Positions 28,528 through 41,957 of a stretch of DNA of 64,000 nucleotides are shown here, one piece after another. The position numbers and the translations under genes were made by a program. Below the pieces are notes generated by a model that did not search any database, was not told the DNA's origin, and saw only the letters and a program-made list of their open reading frames with translations. This DNA comes from the human T2T-CHM13v2.0 reference genome, Homo sapiens. The stretch lies in assembly GCF_009914755.1 (NCBI RefSeq), contig NC_060931.1. One strand, 5' to 3'. Position 1 is the stretch's first letter; every line of letters starts with the position of its first letter.

Positions 28528-28850
28528 GGTGCATGTATATATGTGTATATATGTATATCTACATATGTATTCATGCATGTGTACAAAAATATGCACATAT
28601 GTACATACAGATGTATCTGTATATATGTATATGTGTGCATGTATGTGTGCATATGTGTCTATAGATGTCTGGTATATATGTATATGTGCAGGTGTAAATG
28701 TGTGCAATAGATGCATATACGTGTATATGTGTGTATGTATGTATACATAGATGCATATGTGTGTATACATGTATATGCGTGTACATCTGTGTGCCCATAA
28801 AGATATATGCATGTGTATGTGCATACGCATGTATGTGTGTGTGTGTGTAC
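28528..28850. repeat. (TA/TG)-rich low-complexity array
   Basis: Direct inspection. Confidence 0.93.
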
Positions 28851-30074
28851 ATCTTCTGTCTCTGCATTCTTACTGGCAGGATTATTGGGAACTATTGGAT
28901 CTTTCTGAGGAGGCCAGGATGATTTCCGTGGCCTGCCAGTTTCTCAGAGCTATCTGGGTTGAGGCACTGAGAACCCCCTCAGTCCAGGCAGACCAGGGCC
29001 CGGTGGTCTGCATGAACAAAGTGAGTACTTGGAGGGCCACTGGCATGGGCCCAGCTTCCCGCTCTCCTCTGCATGCACAGCCTCTATCCCATCAGACCTG
29101 CACCTCAGCAGCACCAAGCTCAGGGGCTGCCCTGGGCTCCCCTCTGAGCATCAGCTCCTCTGTTCCAGGGAGAGCCTCTGCTCCCCTCAGGGCCCACCTC
29201 CTTCTAGCAGAAAGCTGATTCTTCCCCAGACTGGGCCCTCAGTTCTCTGCTAGGTTTGGCCAGGCTGGTGTCTTTGACATGATCTTCTGGGAGGAGAGGC
29301 AGAAATGGGGCCCTTCCGATGTAGCTGGCAAAGCTGTAGGTGAACGGTTTGTACCACCAGGGAACTGTGCCCGAGAACACATATGTTCCCACAACAATGG
29401 GGTTTGTCAGCTTGCAGGTGCCCAGCCCTTTCCGTGCCCTCTTGAGATGGGTTGGGGCAGACAGAGTAGGAATGCTTCCTGGCTGATTACAAGGAAATCC
29501 CGGCCCATTGGATGGGGAAGCCACAAGACGGCTGCTTGGAGAGATGGTGCTGCACACACATGGCAGCCAGAACGAGTGTGGGTTCAGAGAGCAGGAATAG
29601 CACTCCCTGCCCTTGTCATGCTGTGGCCAAGGTTTAGGACTCCACAGGGCCCAGATGTCTCCTCTGGTCCCAGGAGGATGGAGCCTCAGACCTGGGGCCA
29701 TGGGGAGGGAAGAGGTGTTCCTTGGGACAAGCAGGAGCCCAGTGGGCAGATGCCTTTCTGCACAGCCAGGGGACTGCTCCTATTTCTACTGTTTGCCTGG
29801 CCCAATTCATCACAGGAGGGTGAGGGCAGGGCTGCATGCCTGAGAGCTGACAAATCCTTCACATCCTGGAGCTTTGTACTGAACACTGCAGGGTTCCATA
29901 CAGCTGTCAGCTGCAGAGACTAGGCACCGCCCCTGCAAATGCCTGGCCTCCTGCTGTCCAGCTGCCTTCACTCTGGCCCGGAAGTGGTTCTGGGGACAGT
30001 GGCTTCCTTCCAGGGCAGAAGCTGAGATCCAGTGTCTGTGGAGCCTCTCATGGCACGTCAGGCTCTGGGATGGA

Positions 30075-30245
30075 TGTTTACGTGGGTTACCCTACCAAAT
30101 CCCTGAGAACTGCTGCTATGATTCCCACTTTACAGATGAGAAAACTGAGGCTTAGAACATTAAGCACTGTGAGCTGAGATCATTGGCTAGTGAGCAGCAG
30201 AGCTGAGGTCCAACTCCAAGTGTGTTTGCCCCCAAACTCACACTC
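30075..30245 (-). mobile_element. MIR SINE fragment
   Basis: CCCACTTTACAGATGAGAAAACTGAGGCTTAGA is the reverse MIR core. Confidence 0.85.
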
Positions 30246-30297
30246 TGTAAAAGTCCATGGGCATCCCAGATCTCCCACCCATGTCTTCCCACTGGAC

Positions 30298-30984
30298 CAG
30301 GCATCCCCAGCCTCTGGGCCACGGACTGACACCAGTCTGTGGCCTGTTAGGAACTGGGGTGCACAGCAGGAGGTGAGTGGTGGGTGAGTGAGCTGTTGAG
30401 TGGCCGGTGAGTGGTGGGTGAGTGAGCAGGTGAGTGGCAGGTAGGTGAGTGGGTGAGTGGCGGGAGAGTGAGCTGTTGAGTGGCCGGTGAGTGGTGGGTG
30501 AGTGAGTACGTGAGTGGCAGGTAAGCGGGTGAGTGGCGGGTGAGTGAGCGAGTGAAACTTTGTCGGTATTTATAGCCAGTCCCCATGGCTCACAGTACTG
30601 CCTGGGCTCCACCTCCTGTCAGCTCAGCAGTGGCATCAGATTCTCATAGGAGCTTGAGCCCTGTTGTGAACTGTGCATGTGAGGGATCCAGGTTGCACGC
30701 TCCTTATGAAAATCTAATGCCTGATGATCTGTCACTGTCTCCCATCACCCCCAGATGGGACCAGCCAGTTGCAGGAAAACAAGCTCAGGGCACCCACTGA
30801 TTCTACATGATGGTGGGTTTTATAATTATTTAATTATATATTACAATGTAATAATAACACAAATTAAGTGCACAGTAAATGTAATGCGTTTGAATCATCC
30901 TGAAACCTTCCCCCAACCTTGGTCCATGGAAAAACCGTCTTCCATGGAACAGGTCCCTGGTGCCAAAAAGAGTATGGACCGCTG
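30298..30984 (+). mobile_element. MER1A hAT-Charlie DNA transposon with an internal repeat expansion
   Basis: CAGGCATCCCCAG...GTGGCCTGTTAGGAAC...TTGCAGGAAAACAAGCTCAGGG...GGTCCCTGGTGCCAAAAAG..GGACCGCTG; 8-bp TSD-like CACTGGAC/TCCTGGAC. Confidence 0.92.
30372..30555. repeat. GGTGAGT-rich tandem repeat inside MER1A
   Basis: 11 copies of GGTGAGT; ~80-bp higher-order duplication. Confidence 0.9.
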
Positions 30985-31090
30985 TCCTGGACAAACCCTG
31001 GGCCTGGAATTGACCTTGTTGAAAACACTCTTTTGGATTAAGCATCTATAAGATTCAGTTGTTGCCTTGGACGATTCACATTTCACATGG

Positions 31091-31273
31091 TCAGTCCCTG
31101 CAGCACCTCCCGAAGTGTGGTGTGTCACTTGCTTTTATGTGGAATGTGGGCAGTTCTTAAAACTTTATTTTAATGCACACGTTCAGTCCCTGCAGCACCT
31201 CCCGAAGTGTGCTGTGTCACTTGCTTTTATGTGGAATGTGGGCAATTTTTAAAACTTTATTTTAATGTGCACG
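31091..31273. repeat. Two-copy tandem duplication (92-bp period)
   Basis: TCAGTCCCTGCAGCACCTCCCGAAG... at 31091 and 31183. Confidence 0.95.
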
Positions 31274-31398
31274 AGAAAAAGCAAAATAGTACATCAAAAA
31301 CATGAATTTTGTGGGTACTGTTGCTTAGGATAAGTAAGAAGGTTTCGAAAGCTGAGTCAGTCCAAAGAGGAACGTGTTGCGACAAGCCAGATGCCTTA

Positions 31399-31657
31399 TG
31401 GAGCCAGGAGGCTGTGACTCTGGCCCTGGAGGGGGCTCAGCCCTGAGCGAGGTGTGGAAGGAGCCCGGCACCACCCCTGCCGTGTGAGCTCCCACGTAGG
31501 CCCAGGGTTGGATGAGATGACACCGAGGCTGTGGAGCCAGGAGGCTGTGACTCTGGCCCTGGAGGGGGCTCAGCCCTGAGCGAGGTGTGGAAGGAGCCCC
31601 GCGCCACCCCCGCCGTGTGAGCTCCCGCGTAGGCCCAGGGTTGGATGAGATGACACC
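31399..31657. repeat. Two-copy tandem duplication (133-bp period)
   Basis: TGGAGCCAGGAGGCTGTGACTCTGG... at 31399 and 31532. Confidence 0.95.
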
Positions 31658-31664
31658 AAGGCAC

Positions 31665-32050
31665 TGTGGCGAGCAGAACCGTTTCCCCAAAAAGACACGT
31701 TCAACTCCTAACACCAGCACAGTGAATGCCGCCTTCTGGACATAGGGTCTCTGTGGATGGAGTTAGTAAAGATGAGGCCCTTATCCAGTACGGCCGGCAT
31801 CCTTCTAAGAAGAGACAGCACAGACACGCCCCGAGGACGGAGACGGAACGGAGTGAGGCGTCTACCTGCCAAGGAGCCCCCGGCATTGCCAGGAGCCACA
31901 GAGAGTCGCCCGAGAGCTTCCTGAGCACGTGGCCCTGACAACACCTGGATCTCCAGCTTCCGGCCCGCGGTCCCGTCAGACAATTCATTTCTGTGGTTTG
32001 AAGCCACCCAGTTTGTGGCACTTTGACCCCAGGATCCTCACAGGAAACCG
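31665..32050 (+). mobile_element. MLT1 (MLT1B/C-like) solo LTR
   Basis: ATAGGGTCTCTGTGGATG, GCCAAGGA, GGCCCTGACAACACCTGGAT, ATTTCTGTGGTTTGAAGCCACCCAGTTTGTGGCACTTTG. Confidence 0.8.
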
Positions 32051-32571
32051 TCTCACTGGCCCAGTCCTGCTGGGCCCTGCCCATGGGATGGACTTGCTGT
32101 CCTTGAACAGGAGGCAGGTTCGGGGAACAGGACTGTAATGGGTCATGGAAAATACCAGGCTGATGGCAGAGGGTGCGTGGGGAGGAGATCAGGGAACCGC
32201 CAGGCCGGAGCTGGAAGCCGGGGCCACCGTCCAACTCACGAGGGCTCGGCAGAGAGGACAGGGGAGCTGCCCCTGCTGGCTGAAGTGGGTGGAGGCGAAC
32301 CTGGCCCACAACACCCTGAGCTTCTGCGGAGCCATGTGAGGGCCACGTGGAGAACACTGCAGTTCCACCTTCATCAGATAAAGCCAACCGTTGTTGTTTA
32401 AGCAAAGGCTGCGGACAGTGAGCACAGAACTTCACAACACATCATGGTCGCAGCGCACCATCCCCCGTGATCCCAAAGCAGCGATCTAGACGTGTGGGGT
32501 CCACAGGCGGGCGCCCTGGCACTGGGGGCTCTGCAACTTGACGAGGCTATGCCAGGCTGGGCTAGAGGTGC

Positions 32572-33035
32572 CGTGCTGGGCACAGGCTCTCCACGGGATG
32601 GCGGGACTGCTGGGCACAGGCTCTCCACGGGGACGGCGGGGCTGCTGGGCACAGGCTCTCCACGGGGACAGCGGGGCTGCTGGGCACAGGGTCTCCATGG
32701 GGACGGCGGGACTGCTGGGAGCTGGGTTCTCCACGGGGACGGGGACGGCGGGACTGCTGGGGGCTGGGCTCTCCATGGGGACAGGGACGGGGACGGCGGG
32801 ACTGCTGGGGGCTGGGCTCTCCATGGGGACGGGGACGGGAACGGCGGGACTGCTGGGGGCTGGGCTCTTCACGGGGACGGCGGGACTTCTGGGGGCTGGC
32901 TCTCCACGGGGACGGCGGGACTGCTGGAGGCTGGCTCTCCACGGGGACGGCGGGACTGCTGGGCACAGGCTCTCCACAAGGACGGCAGGACTGCTGGGCA
33001 CAGGCTTTCCACGGGGACGGCGGGACTGCTGGGGT
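32572..33035. repeat. GC-rich minisatellite, ~35-48-bp variable unit (GGGACTGCTGGGCACAGGCTCTCCACGGGGACGGC), ~12 copies
   Basis: Direct periodicity; internal GGGGAC copy number varies between units. Confidence 0.95.
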
Positions 33036-33183
33036 CTGTGCTCCTCACCCCAGGGCTCACGCTTTTCCATGAGACCCTCCCCAGCCACATCGGGGGCTCT
33101 GAAGACTGAGCACTGAGGGTCAGCAGCAGGTAGGAGATGTCTTTGAAGTTTCATCTGTTATCTTAAAAACTCGTGGATTTTTG

Positions 33184-33518
<335 letters not shown>

Positions 33519-33527
33519 CTACTCTAT

Positions 33528-33559
<32 letters not shown>

Positions 33560-36500
33560 CATGTATGTTTTAGTATCAAAATGACTTCACCCCAAATCTC
33601 CACGTGAAGTAGATGCGTCTCCTCTCCATCGTGGCTGTTGGCACAGTGCTGTGTACCTGAGTGTGTTCAACGTCTTGAGATTTCTAAGCTTAAGGGCAGG
33701 AGATAGCCCAGGGCTGGCACCCAAATCCTAAGAACCCTGGCCAAATATACAGGATTTAATGTCCTCAGCACCAGGCATCACACAGGAACGTGCGTGAGCC
33801 CATGAAATACTTGCTCAATAATAAATGCTGCCAAGCTGCTAAGCTTGGGGAACCTGATGAGCACTCGGCTTATGGGAGACTGATGCTCCCCACAGGCCGG
33901 CCCCTGTGCCGAGACTCCACGCAGTGGCTTCCTCGCTGTGACAGCCTCCCCTCATCTGACGAGGTCCAAACAGCGGGTCCAATTCTACCCACACCTCTTT
34001 GCATAGGGTGCTTCTCTGGATTTTAGGGTCTAGACCAAAGCTGAGGCTGTTTTATACATTTTGGGGTCCCTGGAACTCAGGACAAGGCCATCTGTATCCC
34101 CAATGCTGAATGAGTCTCCGACAGGTGATAGGGCGATGGGGTCGCTGTCTAAGTAGGGAAGGACCACCCTCGACTTAAGACATGGCTCAGTGAAAAAAGC
34201 CTCGCTCTGAGGACAGGCAGTGAGAAATGAGGAGGTTCAGGGCAGGCGGACTCCATGTGACTGAGGGTTTGGCCGGGCTCCCCTTATCAACCCGGCATCC
34301 CTCGACCATGTTCTCTGGTGCACACAGGTGAGCAGAGGGCAGTGTCTGCTCTGGCCAAGGCAGGGGCACCCCAACATCGCAGCCCCTTTTGGATGTGAGG
34401 TCCGCTCATTAGATCCGAGGGGCCGTCCTCCTCCCGTGCTGGGACCCTTGGGGCTTGCCGGGAGAGACGCCCAGAGGGAAGGGGCTTTGTGGGAGGAGGG
34501 GTTCCGCTGCCCTTCCTGGGGCACCTGTTTCGCTTTTTGTCTTTCTTTCCTCCCTTTCCACTCCACTCCCTTTGGGGCATGAGGGAGGTGAGGGAGGAGG
34601 GTGGGAAGAACAAAGGAGAGAATTCTGAGGAGGGCGTCCTGAGTTCCAGGGACTTCTTTCATCAAGAGGAAAAAGAAAAACTCTTTCAACACTCCCTGTG
34701 CATAGGGTGCTAATGAGCTGCAAATTGAAATTATTTGGAGTTTTTCTTAATGGTGAAAAGAAAGAAGTTGTCAGAGGAGACCAGAAACTCTATGTCAGCT
34801 GAGAAAGCTGTAAGCGAGAGAGATGAATGGACGGCTCATCTGTGCTTTGGTGCATCTTTCATCAGCCGGTGTCACCCTTGGTAGCCGGGTGCTGGCCAAT
34901 TTCCATTTAACTTCCATTTAACGTATAGCCAAGGAGGCCCGTGATTTCACCTGTCTGACCCACCACAGGTGGGTAGCTGGGCTTCACAGAAATGGAGGTT
35001 GAGTTCCCGGAGCGGTAGCCCAGGGCTGGTATGTTGAGAATTCCGTTTGGAAACCAGCGTTGTGCAAACCGGGGTTAGGATGTGGAAAACTCGCCCTCCT
35101 TCCAAACCTAGAAGCCTTCGTCTTGGTTTAGAAGTCCCTAAGCCAAGTCCCTACCCACATTCCACGCTGCTCCCTAATTTCACCCGGACCACAGCCTCTG
35201 GATGAGCTTCTGTTAAAAAGAGATGACTCGGTGACAAACAGGAGGACGGTGCTCAAATGACTGTGACACGTGCCGTGTATCTGCAAAGACCTGTGCCGTG
35301 CTAAAACCACACGCACGGCAGCCTCCCCCAAGCCAACCACCCGGGCCCACAGACAAGCATCTCCAGAGCGCGTGGGACCGTAGAGAAGGCAGTGACAGGG
35401 CCAGGGCAAGCCGGTTGGAGAAGTGGAACTTCAGTGGTAAGCCCAGACCTTTGGGACCCCTCACCCTGCCCGGTCCTCCTGCTGTGGGGTGTGAGTCCAG
35501 CCAGTGCTGGGAAGCCGGTGTGGCTAGGACAACAAAGACCAAGGACAGCGGGGAACGGTGGGGAGGGAAGAGGGTGGGAGACCAGAGTCAGAGGCGGACA
35601 GGGGTTCGATACGCCATTCAGGTCCCCAAAACAGCATGTGCAGCTCTCGTTAAATGGAAAAGGCCCTAATGTCATGGGAAAGTCTAACAATTTGTTAAAC
35701 TTTGTTAGTGTACAAAATGTGGTGATCCTACTCGTATAAAAAAGAAAGTTCAAATGCGCAGAAGAAAGATCAGAGGACAAGATGCCCACGAATGATAAGC
35801 GCCTTTGCTGCCTCTGGGCGGGTCCGGGGGAGTAGCATTTCTTCCTCACTGCATCGCTGTATTTTCCAGATGTCCACTGAGGAATGAGCATTGCTTTTTA
35901 ATTAGCAGCTGCCCCGAGTGCTCCAGCTGCCCTGCGTGTGGCTGTCTACACAGCACGCATTCCTTACCCCGGTGGTTTTCATCTGGACCCTGAGTCAGAA
36001 TGGCCTGGAGCGCGGGTAAAACAGCTCGGGGCCAGCCAGAGCTTCTGAGCCAGGGCTGGGCCCAAGAACGTGCATTTGCGTTGTTCCCCAGGTGATGCTG
36101 CTGGTGACCCCGGGGACCCCGCCGTGAGAGCCCCGACACAAGTCGCGGTTTGTGGTGCTTTGGAGGAGTTTGCTCCTTAGAGTGAGGGGGATTGTTCTGC
36201 CCCAATGGCCTCTTCAGAGCTGCGAGACTGTGCCCACGCGAGGCAGTGGTCGCCACACCCACACTGCCATGCTGCGCAGGTGAGGCCTGGTGCACGGAGC
36301 CCCTGGGGGACACGGCGAAGGGCCTTCTCCTGCCATCTGCTCAGGAACCCCTCCCTGGGCTTGGCCTCCATCTTGACAGGCAGGCGAGGAAGCCCCTGCT
36401 GACACCATTTACAACTGCAAACCTCCCATTTCCTCCCAGGTCCTTAAAGCTCCACATCATAAAACGGATGTGCGCGTGAAGGAAACGTGGGTGTCCACAG

Positions 36501-36589
36501 AGAGCTCCCCCGGAGAAGGCCACGTCCACGGTGCCGCCTGACAGCAATGGCTTCCTCAGCGTTTGACGGGGAGGGAGAAGGGTGGGGAG

Positions 36590-36795
36590 GCCACAAGGAC
36601 AGGAGAACTGGCGCTCGACATGGGGCAGGACGGGAGCAGGATGGGAACAGGAGGGGACAGGAGGGGGCAGGACAGGGACAGAGGAGAGACACGGGGCAGG
36701 ACGGGGCAGGACGGGGACAGGCGGGGGCAGGACAGAGGGAGGACAGGGACGGAGGAGAGACGGGGGGCAGGAGGGGGCAGGAGGGGGCAGGGAGC
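36590..36795. repeat. Purine-rich GGGGCAGGA/GGGACAG low-complexity repeat
   Basis: Direct inspection. Confidence 0.85.
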
Positions 36796-37699
36796 CACGT
36801 CTTCTCCAATCCCATGTGGGGCCATCTGCCGCCCTCTGCCCAAAATGTACGATTCACCATGGCAAGGAGGCGAGAAGCGGGGAGATCCCTCTAAACCCAA
36901 ATGAACACAGAGTGATGGGGCCCCAGCACCCCATCCACAGGCTCATTCCATTATTTGAAAATGTTTCTAAAAACTGAGCTTCTTTTCATCTTTGAATTGG
37001 CTTCTTGTCACAGAGCAGCTTTGCAGGCAGCCTGTTTCAGGTGTCCACACTTTGCAGAGGGCGCCTCTGCACAGAAGTGCACGAGTCCCAGATGGAGGGA
37101 AGCAAATCTCACCCAACTTTAAATATTTGTTTCTCCAAAGCTACGTGGTCACCCGTGCATGGTGACGGTGATGTTTGATTTCAGGTGACTTTGAGGCTGA
37201 CCTTCCACACGGGGCCCTGCGTTTCTCTCCTCTGCACCTGAACCCTCCTAGTCTTTATTCTGGGAGCAGCGCGGGAGGCAGTGGAGACGTGGAAGCAGGC
37301 TCCGGCTGCTGGGCCTGCATGACCGGTTTCCCTGCAGAAGATTCTGCGCCCTTCAGCCTCACCGTCCTCACCTGGCCTGGGTGCTGCTGTGGGCAGGCGC
37401 TGGGCACGCTGGGAAGAGCAGGGCCAGCCGTTTGCAGGACGGGAGGCTGAGGCTGTGTGCACCTCCTGAGGGCTGGGCCACAGGTGGGCTCAGGCCTGCG
37501 CCCTCCCATGGCCGTGGCCTCTTCCTCGGTCCTTTGCCCTCCAGGGTGCCAGGCCTAGGCCTCCGCGCATCAGTGTGGTCAAAAGGCAGGACTGGTGTGT
37601 GGTGTTTCCTGACATTTTGTTACCTGTAGAGCCACTTAGAGAAGCACCGCTGCCGAGGTGGGAAAGCCGGAGTCCCAGCCAGTGGGCTGAGCTCAGGGT

Positions 37700-37950
37700 G
37701 CTGGGGTCCTGGGCCCAGACTCTGTGCTGGGACCTTGTTTGGAAATAGGGTCTTTCTAGAGGATCACATTTAGATGACGTCATGGGAGTTGGCCCTAGTC
37801 CAGTGTTGCTGGCATCCTTTTAAAGGGACATTCGGATGCAGACAGGCACTCATGGGGGTCGACGTGAAGGAGAGAGCCACCCACATCCAAGGACTGTTGG
37901 AGGCCACCAGAAGCTGTAGAGATCCTGGGACAGACCACCCTTACAGCCTG
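37700..37950 (+). mobile_element. MLT1 (MLT1A/B-like) LTR fragment
   Basis: GACCTTGTTTGGAAATAGGGTCTTT, GGCCCTAGTCCAG, CCACCAGAAGCTG. Confidence 0.7.
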
Positions 37951-39925
37951 CCATGAGCTGGGGCGCGCGCACATGTGTGTAAAGCAGCACACATGCATGC
38001 CACAAAGCAGAGGCTAAGCAGTGCACACTGTGCACACTCTGCACACGCTCAGGCGGTGACACGTTGCAGACATCGCTGTGCTTCAGAAAGAGCTGGGCGG
38101 CAAGATTCACACAAGTAAGCATGTTGCAGACTCCCCAGCACACGCCCTCTCTGGCTTGTGCTCATATGAACATACTGTCACCCTCGTGCAGATGTGAAGA
38201 TGTGCTCTCACTCATGCACGTACAGATCACGCCCTCTCGCTGGTGTACATGTGAACACATGCTCCCCTCATATATACAAATACACTCACTCCTTCTCCAC
38301 CCTTGTTCACAGCAGCAGCCTGAGAAGACACAGAATTCCATGAATTGCAGCCCAGAGACCCCCCAGCCCTGCCGGCTCGCCTCCTGCCTCCCGCCTCCTA
38401 GCGTGCTCTGAGGTGGAGACCAGCTGCTGCCCCGTGCCTGCCCCGCCTCCCTGGGCCATGCTGCCTTGCAGACTCTGCTGCTCGGTGTGGTCGGGGGCCT
38501 GGGTCGGCCCCAGGGTGAATGAGTGATGGGTTCCACCCTAAACTGGCTGTGGAGACCTTCCACACACTTTCCTCCCCTCCACGAGCTCTAGGGCAGGGCA
38601 AGCTTGGAAGCCAAGGGCTGGCAGAGGCCGAGCCAGCCTGGATCTCAGAGTGGCCACACGGAGCAGAGCCACACTCCACCTCAGGACGCTGCACTGGATA
38701 TGAGTGAGAAACAAACTTTCTTGGGTTAAGTTGTTAAGATTTCGGGGATGTGTTTAAAGTCCCTAGTGTTCTTTTTACTGTCCACTGCCTGTCTCCAGGA
38801 GGGGCCCGGGGGCAGGCACTGAAGCCCCCGCAGTCTACAGGCCTCTGGCACTCAGACAGGAGCTCTGCTCTCAGAAAAGCAGGCAGGCTGGCATTTGGCA
38901 CATCCTTGGAAGCGGGTGGTGCGAGACTCTGCCCTCTACCCTCTGCCCTCTGCCCTCTGCCCTGGCGTTGAGTGCTTTGCTGGGACTGCGGCTCCCTGGC
39001 CCCCTCTCTTGCCCCACATGTGGATTCGCACAGACCCTGCAGCATCCCCCTCCCTTTCTCCTCCTCTTTTCTCTTTACTCAGGAATATCCCATCTTAGTT
39101 ACGGGGCTGGGCACCCCAAGACCTCTCTCTAACAGGGGTCCCCACATCCAGGGCACTGCAGATGGGCTGCCGACCACATGCCTCTGGCCTCCGGCCAGTC
39201 TCGGGCCATTTGCTGACACCCCGGAGGCCGATGGGCCCTCTCGCTGCTCAAGGTGGAGGGAGGCTGTGCACCGGGGGTGTCGGCATGGGAGCGCTGTGTT
39301 CCGGGGGCGCCGCGGGTCCCTCCTCCCCAGGCTGCTGACGCGTCACACCAGCAGCTCTGATTTAAACCCAAATCCTTTCACATAAAACCCTTCACTTGTG
39401 CTCTTAGGAGAGGGTTTTGCACACGTCTGGCTCTGCTTCCCTTCTGCTGCATTTTGCTGGTGCGCTGGGGGTCTGTGTGTCTTATTCGGAGAAGACGTTG
39501 CTGCTCCCCCAAACGAAGAATCATGTCACAGGAAACCATGACAAACCCCCCTTTTGACTGTGCCTCCCAGCAGGAGAACAGGGAGCTGAGAAGACAATGA
39601 GGAGCAGGCTGTGGGGAAAGGAGAGGTCACTGAGGTCACATGAGTATCAGGCAGATGGTGCCACTGCCGGAGCCACCCCAGAGCCACCATCACGGCACCG
39701 TTTCATCCCATCCAGTCCTCCCCACGTCCTCAGGTGGCCAAAGACCACATTACACCACATCTGTCCTCAGGGAAAAGAGGAGAGAATGCATCTGAGAGGA
39801 CCTGTCGACCAGGGACACACCCGACCTGCACAAAGCAGCATCTGGAGCTACGGCCGGGGCCATCAATGGGGTGAGGGGGCCGAGGAGAGCCCTGGCTGCC
39901 CTGCAGAGGGTGTGTCCGTGTGGCC

Positions 39926-40452
39926 TGTGTGCATGCACGTGTGTGTCTATGTGTAATGTGTGAGAGACGTGTGTGATGTGTGCATGTGTACATGTCTGTG
40001 TATGTGTGCATGTTTGGTGTGTGTGTGTAGCGTATGTGTGTGGTGCGTGTGTGTGGTGAGTGCACGTGATGTTTGTGTGGTGTGTGTAGTGAGATGTGTG
40101 TATGTATCATGTGTGATGTGTATGTATGGTGTATATGTGTGTTATGTGCATGGTGTGTGCCTGTTTGTACATGTGTGATATATGTGTTGTGCGTGGGGCA
40201 TGTGTGCGGTGTGTGTATATATGTATATGTTTGTGTCTGTGGATGTGTGGCATGTGTGGTGTGTGCATATGTGGTATGTGTGTTGTGTGTACAGTGTGGG
40301 TGTGTGTAGTGTGTGTATATGTGTATGTGCATGTGTGGTGTGTGTGGTAGGTGTGTGGTGTGTGTGCATTCATGTGAAAGTGTGTGCACATGTGTGTTTG
40401 CATGCATGTGTATGTGTGTGCCCGTGCATGTGTGGTGTATGGTATGTGTGTG
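39926..40452. repeat. (TG)-rich low-complexity array
   Basis: Direct inspection. Confidence 0.93.
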
Positions 40453-40849
40453 GTAGATGCGGGCAGTGTGTTGGTCATAGGGAGGGAAGGTGGAGGCTGC
40501 GGTCTAGCAGCAGAGAAACAGATGGGCGGTTTTTTCTAAAGCGTGGGAAATGACACGGGGGCTGTGTGGCCTCAGAGATGGGTGGGGTCATTGGGGAGCT
40601 GGATCAATAATCTGGACATTTGGGAAGATGTCTTGGGGGCCAGGTGCCCAAGCTACATCTTCAACGATGAGGAAGACAGGAAACGGGGAGGGACGTCTCA
40701 AGAGAGGGTGTGGCCTGAGCCAAGGAGTTCAGGTGGCAGCTTCCAGAAGGGCAGAGGCCACGACACCGAGGCCCCCAGCTGGTGCCTCCTGTGGCTGAGT
40801 GATGAGGGGCACTGGAGTCCAAGGCCCTGGGTGTGAGTCCCTGGGATGC

Positions 40850-41020
40850 TAAGATTTAATTTCCTCATGTGCCAAATGAAGACAATATAGTATTTACCCC
40901 TCAGGCAATTATTAGGAAGATTAAATGTTAATTTTAGAGAAAATGTAAAACATAAATGCTTTTGTGATTAATTAATTCATTAATTACGTGTGGAGAACCT
41001 CCTGGGTGCCAGGCACATGG
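40850..41020 (+). mobile_element. MIR SINE fragment
   Basis: AATTTCCTCATGTGCCAAATGAAGACAATATAGTA...GAAGATTAAATG...GTGCCAGGCACAT. Confidence 0.7.
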
Positions 41021-41662
41021 CACTCCAGCCACAAACAGGAGAAGCTGGCCCGCCCTCCTCCAGCAGCCCTCGCCCAACACACCCCTCCTCTGAAACCAGC
41101 AAGGCCAGGCCCAGGCACCCGTGACAACTGCACCCCGAGCCACCTTTCAGGACAGGCCAGGCCCAGGTACCCATGAAATCTGCACCCTGAGCCTCCTCTC
41201 AGGACAGAGGCCATCAGCCCACGTGCCTGTGGGATTCTTCATTTCTGCCACTAAGCTGCCCTGTGGACACCACTGGCCCCAGCCCCCCAAACACCTGCTG
41301 GGCCTGGGTCCACAGTGGCCCACCTGCACCCGCTCAGGGTGGCCTGGGCAGCCCCCTTCGGAAGCCCAGGGCTCTGCTGCCTGGGAGCTCCAGCACCCAG
41401 GGACGCGCTCATTTGGCGCTGGGTCTTCCAAAGTGAGCCCCCACCCCCATGCCTCATCAGCATGGCCCTGACAGGGACAGGAGTGTGGTAGAGGACTTGG
41501 GTTAATAAGTGAGATTTTTAACAGGCTCCGCTCAGCTGGCTCTGTCGGCTCGAGTCTGAGCCCATCCGTCAGCGTCAATTAGGAAGCCTCAGCTCAGAAC
41601 GCAACACCAGGGGCTGCGCAGAGGAAGAAGCGCGAGGGCGCCCTGCAGGCTCACAGCGCCTG

Positions 41663-41825
41663 AGCACACACCGAGCGGCCGCAGCACAGCCCTCCCTCCC
41701 GCCCCAAGCACACACCGAGCGGCCACGGCACAGCCCTCCCCGCCCCAAGCACACACCGAGTGGCCGCAGCACAGCCCTCCCGCCACAAGGGTACACCAAG
41801 CGGCCACGGCACAGCCCTCCCCACC
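41663..41825. repeat. ~42-bp minisatellite x4 (GCACACACCGAGCGGCCGCAGCACAGCCCTCCCCGCCCCAA)
   Basis: Direct periodicity. Confidence 0.88.
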
Positions 41826-41957
41826 CCTACCTCCTTTTGGCAGCGCAGGTGCATTCAGGGGAGCGTGCTGGATGGGAGGGGGCTCCCTGTCACGTCTCCT
41901 GGAAGGATGGGATCCCTCTGCACGCCCCATCACCCGCCCACCCACTGCCAGCCATGG

